Assembly (NCBI GenBank): GCA_964634935.1
Contig: CAZWJT010000002.1
Location: forward strand, 10,570-74,569
Source: an uncultured Planctomycetia bacterium
Lineage (GTDB): Bacteria; Omnitrophota; Gorgyraeia; Duberdicusellales; Duberdicusellaceae
DNA: 64,000 nt
Reading direction: 5' to 3'
Shown piece after piece: positions 18,686 through 27,014 of the stretch. The notes under the pieces were generated by a model. The model searched no databases, was not told the origin of the DNA, and saw only the letters and a list, made by a program, of their open reading frames with translations. The position numbers were made by a program, and so were the translations under genes. The first letter of the stretch is position 1. Each line of letters opens with the position of its first letter.

Positions 18686-18863
18686 CCAAAGCCATCCCGG
18701 GAAATATCCACAGGAAATTTCCCGGGTATTCAAACGGCGAGGGGCAGGATTACATATCGCTACTTCCAATGTCTTCCTGAGCATATCAATCAGATCTTCT
18801 GAATATCAAATGGCAGAGGGTTTTGTCTGGTAAAGGAAAACCTTTTATAATATAATGTTTTAT
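18686..18863. repeat. 178-bp direct repeat, copy 2
   Basis: Identical to 15971..16148. ORF-track ORFs 18508..18780 and 18554..18802 lie in it and are considered spurious. Confidence 0.9.
18823..18851 (+). promoter_or_regulatory. Sigma70 promoter TTGTCT-N17-TATAAT (repeat copy 2) driving gltA
   Basis: -10 18846..18851. gltA ATG 18935 with RBS AGAGAGGTGG. Confidence 0.6.
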
Positions 18864-18934
18864 AATCGTGTATTAAGAGATTGTACCTGTTGCTAAAATA
18901 AACCAGTATATGATGTCTGAAAGAGAGGTGGCAA

Positions 18935-20230
18935 ATGAATATTCCGGAATCAGGTAAGCCGCTCGATACGGCCGCAATAACAATTGGTGATAAGATCGTT
19001 TCCTGTCCTATTATCACAGGCGTTGAGAATGAGAAAGCCTTGGATATTTCTGGGCTTCGCAATAAAACAGGTTACGTGACGTATGACGAGGGATATGTCA
19101 ATACCGCCTCTTGCTTAAGCAGCATTACCTACATAGACGGGGAGAATGGAATATTGCGATACAGGGGGATTCCCGTGGAAGAACTTGCCGCAAAACGAAG
19201 CTTTATTGAAGTCGCTCATTTGCTTATTTTCGGGCACTTGCCGTCGGTTACAGAGAAAAGTACCTTTTCTAAACTTCTTACCAGTAACTGCATGATTCAT
19301 GACAATATGGTCAAGCTTTTTGATAACTTGCCCGGTTCAAGCCATCCCATGGCTACTTTGTCGGCAATGGTGGTGACGCTTTCTGCGTATTATCCTGAGT
19401 TGGTAAAGCCCGAGATGAACGCAGGGGAGATGAATAAAATTATTGCCGAACTTCTTGCCAAGATCAGGACCCTTGCGGCGTATTCATACAAAAAATCCAT
19501 CGGTGAACCTATCATTTACCCGAAACGCGAGTATAAATATGTCGAAAACTTTCTTCATATGATGTTTTCCACTCCTGTAGATGAATACCCCTTAGATCAA
19601 GAAGTGGTAGATGCCCTGGAAAAGATTCTTATCCTCCACGCTGATCATGAGCAGAATTGCAGTACTTCAACCGTGCGGTTGGTGGGAAGTTCTAAAGCCA
19701 ATCTTTTTGCGTCTATCTCTGCGGGTATTTGTGCCCTCTGGGGACCTTTACATGGCGGTGCGAATCAAGCCGTTATTGAGATGCTTGAGGCGATCGTTAG
19801 GGATAAGATAGATGTGAGGCATGTTATCGAGAAAGCAAAGGACAAAAATAATCCTTTCTTGCTTATGGGTTTTGGCCATCGAATTTATAAGAATTTTGAT
19901 CCCCGGGCGAGGATTATTAAGGAAATATGCGATAAAGTGCTCACGAAACTGGGTATCAATGATCCTTGTCTTGAGATTGCTAAAAAGATCGAGGAAGTAG
20001 CCCTGAAAGACGATTTCTTCATTCAACGCAAACTTTATCCTAACGTTGATTTTTACAGCGGCATAATTCTTCGCGCGATCGGTATCCCGACGAATATGTT
20101 TACCGTTATTTTTGCTATGGGGCGGCTTCCTGGATGGATCGCACATTGGAAGGAACAATGTGAGTCTCCCAATCAAAAGATTGGGCGACCCCGTCAAGTC
20201 TATATCGGAGCGCCACTGACGCATATATAA
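18935..20230 (+). CDS. gltA: Citrate synthase
   Basis: Canonical LILHADHEQNCSTSTVRLVGSS, GPLHGGANQAV, MGFGHRIYKNFDPRA motifs. Confidence 0.9.
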   Translation: MNIPESGKPLDTAAITIGDKIVSCPIITGVENEKALDISGLRNKTGYVTYDEGYVNTASCLSSITYIDGENGILRYRGIPVEELAAKRSFIEVAHLLIFGHLPSVTEKSTFSKLLTSNCMIHDNMVKLFDNLPGSSHPMATLSAMVVTLSAYYPELVKPEMNAGEMNKIIAELLAKIRTLAAYSYKKSIGEPIIYPKREYKYVENFLHMMFSTPVDEYPLDQEVVDALEKILILHADHEQNCSTSTVRLVGSSKANLFASISAGICALWGPLHGGANQAVIEMLEAIVRDKIDVRHVIEKAKDKNNPFLLMGFGHRIYKNFDPRARIIKEICDKVLTKLGINDPCLEIAKKIEEVALKDDFFIQRKLYPNVDFYSGIILRAIGIPTNMFTVIFAMGRLPGWIAHWKEQCESPNQKIGRPRQVYIGAPLTHI

Positions 20231-20514
20231 CGCTACCGGTTTTCAGGTCGGATATCGTGGGTGATTTGCTGTAGCGGTTATTCCTCTTATAAAAATCCCG
20301 GTTCTTCATGCAAGCAAGCTTCATAGCGACAAGGCCGTTCAACATTTCAAGAATTTTGATCAGATCCATCTTGAAATATTGAGAATATAGAAATGGGCAA
20401 TTTGTGAAAACTTCAGGACGGGATACCTCCTCATATTTTGTGGAAAGAATCTTGGGGGGGGTATTAGTTGGCAGCGCTGAAGGGTGTTCTATGAGATTAT
20501 AGGTGTTACGCCAA

Positions 20515-20557
20515 CAGGCTACAAGGCAGTTTCTAATCCGCTGAATCCGGCGATTCC
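20515..20557. repeat. 45-bp motif copy B (CAGGCTACAAGGCAGTTTCTAA core), with a partial upstream copy at 20463..20483
   Basis: See copy A. Located 284 bp after the gltA stop. Confidence 0.7.
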
Positions 20558-20649
20558 ACAGTTTGACTGCGTACGACCCTTGAATTTTGCATGATAATGT
20601 TTCTGACTGATGTTTTTATTGACTTTAAGAATATTTTTGCTATTATAAT

Positions 20650-20664
20650 TAGAAATAATTTCTA
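20650..20664. promoter_or_regulatory. 7-1-7 palindrome TAGAAATaATTTCTA: putative Fur-family (Zur) operator
   Basis: Perfect 7-1-7 inverted repeat ending 6 nt before the ATG of the Fur-family regulator gene. Fur, Zur and PerR boxes are 7-1-7 repeats. Confidence 0.45.
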
Positions 20665-20670
20665 TTTAGA

Positions 20671-21090
20671 ATGAGCACGCTAGAAGATTATTTAGGCAAA
20701 TTGAAACAGGGCGGGTTTAAACTCACGCCGCGCAGGCAGGCAATTATTGAGCTTTTTGTTGACGGCAAGAGCCACTTGACACCGGAAGATGTGTGGGAAA
20801 AACTCAAGAAGCAGTTCGACCATTGCGGGCTTCCCAGCGTGTACCGTAATCTGGAGAGCCTTGTCGAATGCGGGATATTAACAAGAATTCAGCAATTTGA
20901 CCGCAAGAAGCATTACGGATTGTGTTCATCCGTCCACAGCGACCACCACCATCATATTACCTGCGTGAAATGCGGAAGAGTTGAGGGAATACATGGTTGC
21001 ACAATCGGCAACGCGAAAAAAATTAAAGGATATAAAATTATCAGCCATTTTATGCAGGTGAATGGGGTATGTTCTGGATGTGCCCGATGA
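20671..21090 (+). CDS. zur: Fur-family metalloregulator, probably Zur
   Basis: Winged-helix N terminus (TPRRQAIIELF), His-rich HSDHHHHITC and C-terminal CxxC. Directly upstream of znuACB. Confidence 0.7.
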   Translation: MSTLEDYLGKLKQGGFKLTPRRQAIIELFVDGKSHLTPEDVWEKLKKQFDHCGLPSVYRNLESLVECGILTRIQQFDRKKHYGLCSSVHSDHHHHITCVKCGRVEGIHGCTIGNAKKIKGYKIISHFMQVNGVCSGCAR

Positions 21091-21142
21091 TCGATTTTTG
21101 AGCGTTTTCCGGTGTTTGTATGACCGAAAACGAAGATAGCTT

Positions 21143-22099
21143 ATGAAGGTTGGTTTTATGAGAAATTCCATCGTTCTTCTTTTTATTCTTTTATTGAGCA
21201 TGCCATCCGGGATAAGCCAACAGGCTGCTGAGAAATTGGAGGTTATGACTACGCTTTTTCCTTTCTATGATTTTGTCCGGCAGATCGGCAAAGAAAAAGT
21301 TACCGTACGACTGCTGGTACCGCCTGGCGTTGAACCCCATGCGTTTGAATTGAAGCCACGAGATATCATTCAGATTAACAAATCAGATATTTTTATCTAT
21401 ACGGGAAAATATATGGAGCCGTGGGTTCAGGACATGCTTGCCGGCATCAGACATACGAATCTTTTAGTTATTGACGCAAGTCAGGGAATTGAGCTTTTAT
21501 CGGGAGAACACTCGCATTCCGAATTGCACCATTCCCAAAAAGAGGATGCTTCTCTGGAAAAAGATCCTCACATCTGGCTGGATCTCGGGCATGACCAAAG
21601 CATAGTTGATGCTATTACCCAGGCTCTCATCGAACGTGATCCGGCGAACAAGGAGTTTTATCTTCAAAATGCCAAGGCATATAAACTCAAGCTTGCTGAT
21701 CTCGACAGCCGCTTCAAGAAAAGTTTTGCCGGGGTCCAGCAGAGGACGATTCTTCATGCTGGACATTTCGCATTTGGCTACTTTGCGAAGCGATACGGCT
21801 TAGAGTACGTTTCTCCATACGCTGGTTTTTCTCCAAATGCCGAGCCAAGCCCAAAGGCGATAGCAGAGTTGATTCAGAAGTCAAAGCAACTGAAAGCACA
21901 GCGTATTTATTATGAGGAGCTTTTAGATCCTAAAGTTGCACGAACAATTGCCCGGGAAACAGGGGTGAAGTTGGAGTTGCTCCACGGGGCGCACAATGTC
22001 AGCAAGAATGAGCTTGCAAGAGGGATCACATTTCTGGAAATCATGGAAGACAATCTTAAGAAATTACAAAAAGGGTTTGGTTCTCATGAACATCATTGA
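21143..22099 (+). CDS. znuA: Zinc ABC transporter substrate-binding protein (ZnuA/TroA family) with His-rich loop
   Basis: Signal peptide, His/Glu-rich loop HSHSELHHSQKED, TroA-like fold motifs. The alternative start ATG 21158 has the better RBS. Confidence 0.75.
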   Translation: MKVGFMRNSIVLLFILLLSMPSGISQQAAEKLEVMTTLFPFYDFVRQIGKEKVTVRLLVPPGVEPHAFELKPRDIIQINKSDIFIYTGKYMEPWVQDMLAGIRHTNLLVIDASQGIELLSGEHSHSELHHSQKEDASLEKDPHIWLDLGHDQSIVDAITQALIERDPANKEFYLQNAKAYKLKLADLDSRFKKSFAGVQQRTILHAGHFAFGYFAKRYGLEYVSPYAGFSPNAEPSPKAIAELIQKSKQLKAQRIYYEELLDPKVARTIARETGVKLELLHGAHNVSKNELARGITFLEIMEDNLKKLQKGFGSHEHH

Positions 22100-22826
22100 T
22101 GTCGCTGATCTGAGCGTTGAATACCGGGGTGTTGAGGCTCTTGCAAACATTTCCTTCCAGGTGGATGCCGGAGATTACATTGGGATCGTAGGTCCGAATG
22201 GTTCGGGTAAAACTACGCTTGTCAAGGCACTGCTTGGGCTTGTCGTATGCCGCGGTTCTATATTTTTTGAGGGCACGAGCCTACCCGATTTTTCTTCACG
22301 AAACCACATTGGATACCTTCCGCAGAAAATGTCGTTTCTTGATGCGCGATTTCCCGCGACAGCCCAAGAGATCGTTGTTTCCGGGATGTATTGTTGTAAA
22401 AAGTTTCCCCGGCGTTTATCCAAAGGCGACTACGGGGCTGCGGAAAAGGTGATGGAGCTTCTCGGTATTGCCGATTTGCGCAGTCGTTCCATTGGCAGGC
22501 TTTCCGGCGGTCAGCAGCAACGCGTTTTTTTGGCACGGGCGCTTGTGCAGCGCCCTAAACTTTTAATTTTGGATGAACCAACGGTAGCATTAGATCCGCA
22601 GTCCCGGGAAATATTTTACTCAACCGTTCAGAAACTGAACCGGGAAGATAACATTACGGTTCTTCTGGTGTCGCATGATGTCGGTTCTATCGGGAATTAT
22701 GCTTCAAAATTATTGTATGTCGACAGGCAAATTATATTTTACGGAACATTCGAAGAGTTTTGTAAATCGCAGAAGATGTCCGCTTATTTCGGGTCCGGAC
22801 AGCATATGATCTGTCACCGGCATTAA
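22086..22826 (+). CDS. znuC: Zinc ABC transporter ATP-binding protein
   Basis: Walker A GPNGSGKTT, ABC signature LSGGQQQR, Walker B LLILDEPT. Start taken at ATG 22086, overlapping the znuA stop. Confidence 0.8.
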   Translation: MNIIDVADLSVEYRGVEALANISFQVDAGDYIGIVGPNGSGKTTLVKALLGLVVCRGSIFFEGTSLPDFSSRNHIGYLPQKMSFLDARFPATAQEIVVSGMYCCKKFPRRLSKGDYGAAEKVMELLGIADLRSRSIGRLSGGQQQRVFLARALVQRPKLLILDEPTVALDPQSREIFYSTVQKLNREDNITVLLVSHDVGSIGNYASKLLYVDRQIIFYGTFEEFCKSQKMSAYFGSGQHMICHRH

Positions 22827-22882
22827 TGAACGCAAGAAGCATCATCAGCATGCGCTTTTAGTTTTTATCCAACGAAGGAACA

Positions 22883-23719
22883 ATGATGGAGCATGTTTTT
22901 AATCAAATTCAGGAAGCGCTCCAGTATTCGTTTATTCACCGGGCGTTGATAGCTGGCTGTTGCATAGCATTAGGCTGTTCTTTTCTCGGTGTTTTTCTTG
23001 TATTGCGCAGGCTTTCTTTGATCGGAGATGGTCTTGCGCACGTGAGTTTCGCGACGGTCGCTTTCGCGTTAGTTGTTCACGCCCAGCCGATGCTCATCTC
23101 AATGCCTCTTGTGGGGCTTATGTCGCTTCTCATCCTCAAACTGAATGAAAAAGCACAGGTGTACAGCGACGCGGCAATCGGTCTTGTAGCCTCATTTGGC
23201 ATCGCATTGGGGGTGCTTCTTGCCAGTACCGGAGGAGGATTCAACATTGATTTATTTAGTTACCTGTTTGGCAATATTCTTTCCATCAGCGATCTTGAAG
23301 TCTGGATGACCGCTGGCATCTCTTTTTTGGTCGCCGCAACAATCATGCTTCTGTACCATGATTTATTCGCGATAGCCTTTGATGAAGAATACGCGCAGGT
23401 TTTAGGAATCAAGGTACGTCTGGTCAATAAGATTTTAATCCTTTTGACTGCTTTTATCGTGGTGCTGGGAATTAAGGTGGTTGGCACCATGCTGGTTTCC
23501 AGCCTGATTATTTTGCCAGCGATATCAGCGCTGCAAGTGGTACGGAGTTTCCGGGCGACGATTGTGCTTGCTGGAATATTCGCGATCACTTCGGTCGTTG
23601 CCGGCATCGTTGTTTCATACCTTCTGGATTATCCTTCCGGAGCGACCATTGTTCTGATTAATTTTGTATTTTTTATCGGATCCTTTTTTTCCGGCAGGCT
23701 GAATACAGGAAAACATTAG
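22883..23719 (+). CDS. znuB: Zinc/manganese ABC-3 family permease
   Basis: Multi-TM ABC-3 permease pattern, ending in a hydrophobic Gly-rich C terminus. Confidence 0.7.
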   Translation: MMEHVFNQIQEALQYSFIHRALIAGCCIALGCSFLGVFLVLRRLSLIGDGLAHVSFATVAFALVVHAQPMLISMPLVGLMSLLILKLNEKAQVYSDAAIGLVASFGIALGVLLASTGGGFNIDLFSYLFGNILSISDLEVWMTAGISFLVAATIMLLYHDLFAIAFDEEYAQVLGIKVRLVNKILILLTAFIVVLGIKVVGTMLVSSLIILPAISALQVVRSFRATIVLAGIFAITSVVAGIVVSYLLDYPSGATIVLINFVFFIGSFFSGRLNTGKH

Positions 23720-23777
23720 TCTATTTTTTAAAACCTCGCGATTCTATTCTTGGCGCCCTGGATTTAAACAAGATTTC

Positions 23778-23806
23778 TTGACAATGTGGTTTATTGCTGT
23801 ATTATT
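23778..23806 (+). promoter_or_regulatory. Sigma70-like promoter TTGACA-N17-ATTATT ending 5 nt before the ATG (possibly leaderless transcript)
   Basis: -35 23778..23783. -10 about 23801..23806. ATG 23812 has no RBS. Confidence 0.4.
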
Positions 23807-23811
23807 AGCAT

Positions 23812-24156
23812 ATGCCAGAAAATAAACAATTGGTGGTTGGCCGGCCGAAAAAATACCGCTGTGTTCAGGGTGAGCCGAAGATTAAATATTTTAAGCCGCA
23901 AGGAGTTCCGCCGCGGCTTCTCAGGGAAGTTTTGCTTACGATTGATGAGTGTGAAGCGCTTTGTCTGGCCGACCGGCAGGGTAAGTACCATTTGGATGCT
24001 GCTCGGATCATGAGGATCTCCCGCCAAACTTTCGGCAATATTCTTGCGAGCGCACGTCAAAAGGTAGCTGAGGCGATTCTTTCCGGCAAAGCGCTCCGCA
24101 TTGGTGGTGGAACATACGAAATTTCGAAACACTCAAAGGAAGAAAAAGATGCGTAA
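23812..24156 (+). CDS. DUF134/UPF0251 family small DNA-binding protein (sigma-70 region-4-like HTH)
   Basis: GRPKKYRCVQGEPKIKYFKPQGVP...LTIDECEALCLADRQGKYHLDAARIMRISRQTFGNILASARQKVAEAIL matches the DUF134 consensus. Confidence 0.7.
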   Translation: MPENKQLVVGRPKKYRCVQGEPKIKYFKPQGVPPRLLREVLLTIDECEALCLADRQGKYHLDAARIMRISRQTFGNILASARQKVAEAILSGKALRIGGGTYEISKHSKEEKDA

Positions 24157-24508
24157 AGCACGCGCGAAGAAATATTTTTTGGGCGAAGGGAACAGCCGGA
24201 GATTGAATTGCGCTCAGGCGGTCATTGAAGCCTATCGGGATCTGTTTGGCGTGCCTGAAGGAGAAACTGCCCAGTTTGCACAATGCGGCGGGGGACGGGC
24301 CCCTGAAGGTAAATGTGGCGCTTACTATGCGGCTCAGTATTTAGTCGCCAGAAAGGACGCAAAGGAGCTGGTTGGCTTAGAGCAATTATTCAAGACTGCC
24401 GCCGGTTCTCTCCGATGTAGAGATATACGCCGCCAGGGGAAACTTTCTTGCGTTGGTTGTGTTGAAGTTGCTTCAGAATTTCTTGAAGGAGGGTGTCATG
24501 ATTCATAA
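24149..24508 (+). CDS. C_GCAxxG_C_C family redox-active Cys-rich protein
   Basis: CAQAVIEAY ... CGGGRAPEGKCGAYYAAQY ... CVGC spacing. Start ATG 24149 (RBS AAAGGAAGAAAAAG) overlaps the DUF134 stop. Confidence 0.55.
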   Translation: MRKARAKKYFLGEGNSRRLNCAQAVIEAYRDLFGVPEGETAQFAQCGGGRAPEGKCGAYYAAQYLVARKDAKELVGLEQLFKTAAGSLRCRDIRRQGKLSCVGCVEVASEFLEGGCHDS

Positions 24509-27014
24509 ACTCATTGCGTTTGCCTTGGCCAAGCCAAAAATTGTATTTTTTTTAACCGGACTAGCAGTTTTTCTGTCTTTCTTTGCGTTTCTTCGGATAA
24601 AAGTTGATACGGATCCTGAGAATATGCTTCCTGAGAATGAATTTGTTCGCGTGTTTAACCATGAGGTAAAACGCGAATTTGCCATTTATGATTATGTGGT
24701 GCTGGGAGTGGTGAACGAGCACGATGCAAATGGAGTTTTTAATCCGGCTACATTGGAAAAAATATATGCGATCAGTGGCGAGATAAAAACCGTAGATGGT
24801 GTTATTTCCTATGAGGTGATGAGTATTTCAAATAAAGATGATATCGAGCAAGCCGGAGAAGGCGCAATCAGTTTTCGCTGGCTTATGGGCAAACCACCCT
24901 ATACTGTAAATGAAGCCCTTCGCATTAAGTCGCGTGCTTTAGAAAATCCGATGTTTTACGACACGTTGATTTCGCGTGATGGCAAGGCGCTTTGCGTCTA
25001 TGTTCCGATCAAAGAAAAGAAATTGAGTTACCGTGTAGCAAAGTCAATTCAAAAAATTCTTCAGAAATATCCCGGAACAGAGCAATATCATTTAACCGGT
25101 CTTCCTCTGGCGGAGGATGCCTTTGGGATTGAAATGTTCTGGCAGATGGGGATTTCTGCTCCGCTTGCGGTCCTAGTCATTTTTCTTCTTATGTGGTGGT
25201 TCTTCCAGCATGTGGTTTTGGTTATCATGCCGCTGGTTATGGCTCTTGTTGTTGTTATTTTGACTATGGGCCTTTTGGTTGGGCTTGGTTTTCCTATTCA
25301 TATTATGAGTTCGATGATTCCCATATTTCTTTTGCCGATATCAGTGCTTGATTCCATCCATATCCTGAATGAATTCTTTGAGAAATATCGGACCTTTCGC
25401 GATAAAAATAAAACAATTACCCATGTTTTGAACGAGCTTTACCGGCCAAACCTTTTTACTTCTCTCACTACAGTTGCTGGTTTTTTCTCGCTTTCCTTCG
25501 CGCCGATCCCCCCGGTTCAGGTATTCGGTATTGCCGTGGCTTTTGGCGTTAGTCTTGCTTGGTTTCTTACGGTATTGTTAATTCCCGCATATATTGCGCT
25601 TTTGGATGAAAAAAAGATGGTGCATTTCGGTGTGCATGAAGATGAGATAAAAAAAGGTTTTTTAAGCCGCCTGCTTGCGGCCTGGGGAAGGTTTACCGTA
25701 GTACGATGGCAGCAGGTATTGTTTGGCGCTTTTGTGGTGGTGGGTGTTTCGATTTATGGGATTACACACATTGAGATTAACGATAATCCTACGAAGTGGT
25801 TTAACAAAAAACACCCGATACGAGTCGCCGATAAGGTATTGAATGCGCATTTTGGAGGTACGTACAGTGCGTATCTTGTACTTGACGCTCATGACAAACA
25901 GGCACAGGTTTTCCAGGAACCGCAGATGTTACGCTACATTGAAGGTTTGCAGAGCTATCTTCTGGAAAAAGGAAAAGTGGGGAAATCGACGTCTGTGGCA
26001 GATATCACCAAAAAGGTATACTATGAGTTATTGGGCGGGGATAAAAAGAATAACGTGATACCCGCAACACCGCAGGCTGTGGCTCAAGCGTTGATCTCAT
26101 TCGAGAATTCGCATAAGCCGGATGATCTATGGCATTTTGTGACTCCGGATTATTCCAAAGCGAATCTTTGGCTTCAGCTGACTTCAGGAGACAATAAGGA
26201 TATGGCAGCGGTAGTACGACAGGTAGATGAATACTTCAAGGCTCATCCTGCGCCTTTTCGCCTATCGCATCACTGGGCAGGATTGACCTATGTCAATATG
26301 GTTTGGCAGGATAAGATGGTAGTGGGAATGCTCGTGAACTTTTTAGGGAGTTTTCTTATTGTTCTTTTCATGATGCTCATCCTTTTTAAATCTCCTTTTA
26401 CCGGGTTTTTATCGATGCTGCCGCTTACGCTCACCATTCTTTTTATCTACGGGTCGCTGGGTTTCACCGGCAAGGAATATGATATGCCGGTAGCCGTGCT
26501 TTCTGCCCTTACCTTGGGATTGGCAGTTGATTTTGCGATTCATTTTATTGAACGTTCCAGGATGCTGTACGCGGAAAATAAAAGCTGGCCGAAAACCGCT
26601 GAAAAAATGTTTGCTACTCCAGCGAGGGCTTTGATCAAGAACGCGCTGGTTATTTCAATAGGGTTTCTTCCGCTTTTTGCTTCGCCGCTTGTTCCGTACA
26701 ATACCGTTGGTTTTTTCATGTTTATGATCATGCTTATCGCAAGCATAACAACGCTTATGGTCCTGCCGGCTTTTATCACCGGTTTTCCACGGCTTGTATT
26801 TAACGATTCAGAAGTAAGAACGCTCTGCTCTTGCAGTAAGTGCGTTTTTCTGTCATTGTTCATTGCGGCTGCGGTCGTTTATATTCTTCTGGGTTATAAC
26901 TTGGCAAGAATGAATGTAGCGACAATCATCGGAGTGGGGGTCGTCGTCCTTTTATCAGGAATTTGTTTTTTTACTTCGCGACAAAAAATGTGCAAAAAAG
27001 GAGGATCACAATGA
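24498..27014 (+). CDS. MMPL/RND-superfamily transporter (HpnN-like lipid exporter)
   Basis: Two 6-TM bundles with large periplasmic loops, MMPL-type. Start ATG 24498 with RBS GAAGGAGGG. Confidence 0.7.
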   Translation: MIHKLIAFALAKPKIVFFLTGLAVFLSFFAFLRIKVDTDPENMLPENEFVRVFNHEVKREFAIYDYVVLGVVNEHDANGVFNPATLEKIYAISGEIKTVDGVISYEVMSISNKDDIEQAGEGAISFRWLMGKPPYTVNEALRIKSRALENPMFYDTLISRDGKALCVYVPIKEKKLSYRVAKSIQKILQKYPGTEQYHLTGLPLAEDAFGIEMFWQMGISAPLAVLVIFLLMWWFFQHVVLVIMPLVMALVVVILTMGLLVGLGFPIHIMSSMIPIFLLPISVLDSIHILNEFFEKYRTFRDKNKTITHVLNELYRPNLFTSLTTVAGFFSLSFAPIPPVQVFGIAVAFGVSLAWFLTVLLIPAYIALLDEKKMVHFGVHEDEIKKGFLSRLLAAWGRFTVVRWQQVLFGAFVVVGVSIYGITHIEINDNPTKWFNKKHPIRVADKVLNAHFGGTYSAYLVLDAHDKQAQVFQEPQMLRYIEGLQSYLLEKGKVGKSTSVADITKKVYYELLGGDKKNNVIPATPQAVAQALISFENSHKPDDLWHFVTPDYSKANLWLQLTSGDNKDMAAVVRQVDEYFKAHPAPFRLSHHWAGLTYVNMVWQDKMVVGMLVNFLGSFLIVLFMMLILFKSPFTGFLSMLPLTLTILFIYGSLGFTGKEYDMPVAVLSALTLGLAVDFAIHFIERSRMLYAENKSWPKTAEKMFATPARALIKNALVISIGFLPLFASPLVPYNTVGFFMFMIMLIASITTLMVLPAFITGFPRLVFNDSEVRTLCSCSKCVFLSLFIAAAVVYILLGYNLARMNVATIIGVGVVVLLSGICFFTSRQKMCKKGGSQ

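Noticed and set aside
18508-18802. ORF-track ORFs 18508..18780 and 18554..18802 (+)
   Set aside because: They lie inside the 178-bp promoter repeat and its leader, have no RBS, and overlap each other. Called spurious.
21091-21142. Hairpin GCGTTTTCCGG-N10-CCGAAAACG between zur and znuA, considered as a terminator
   Set aside because: The stem has a bulge and no following T-run. It is more likely an RNA structure or part of the znuA promoter region, so it is not called.
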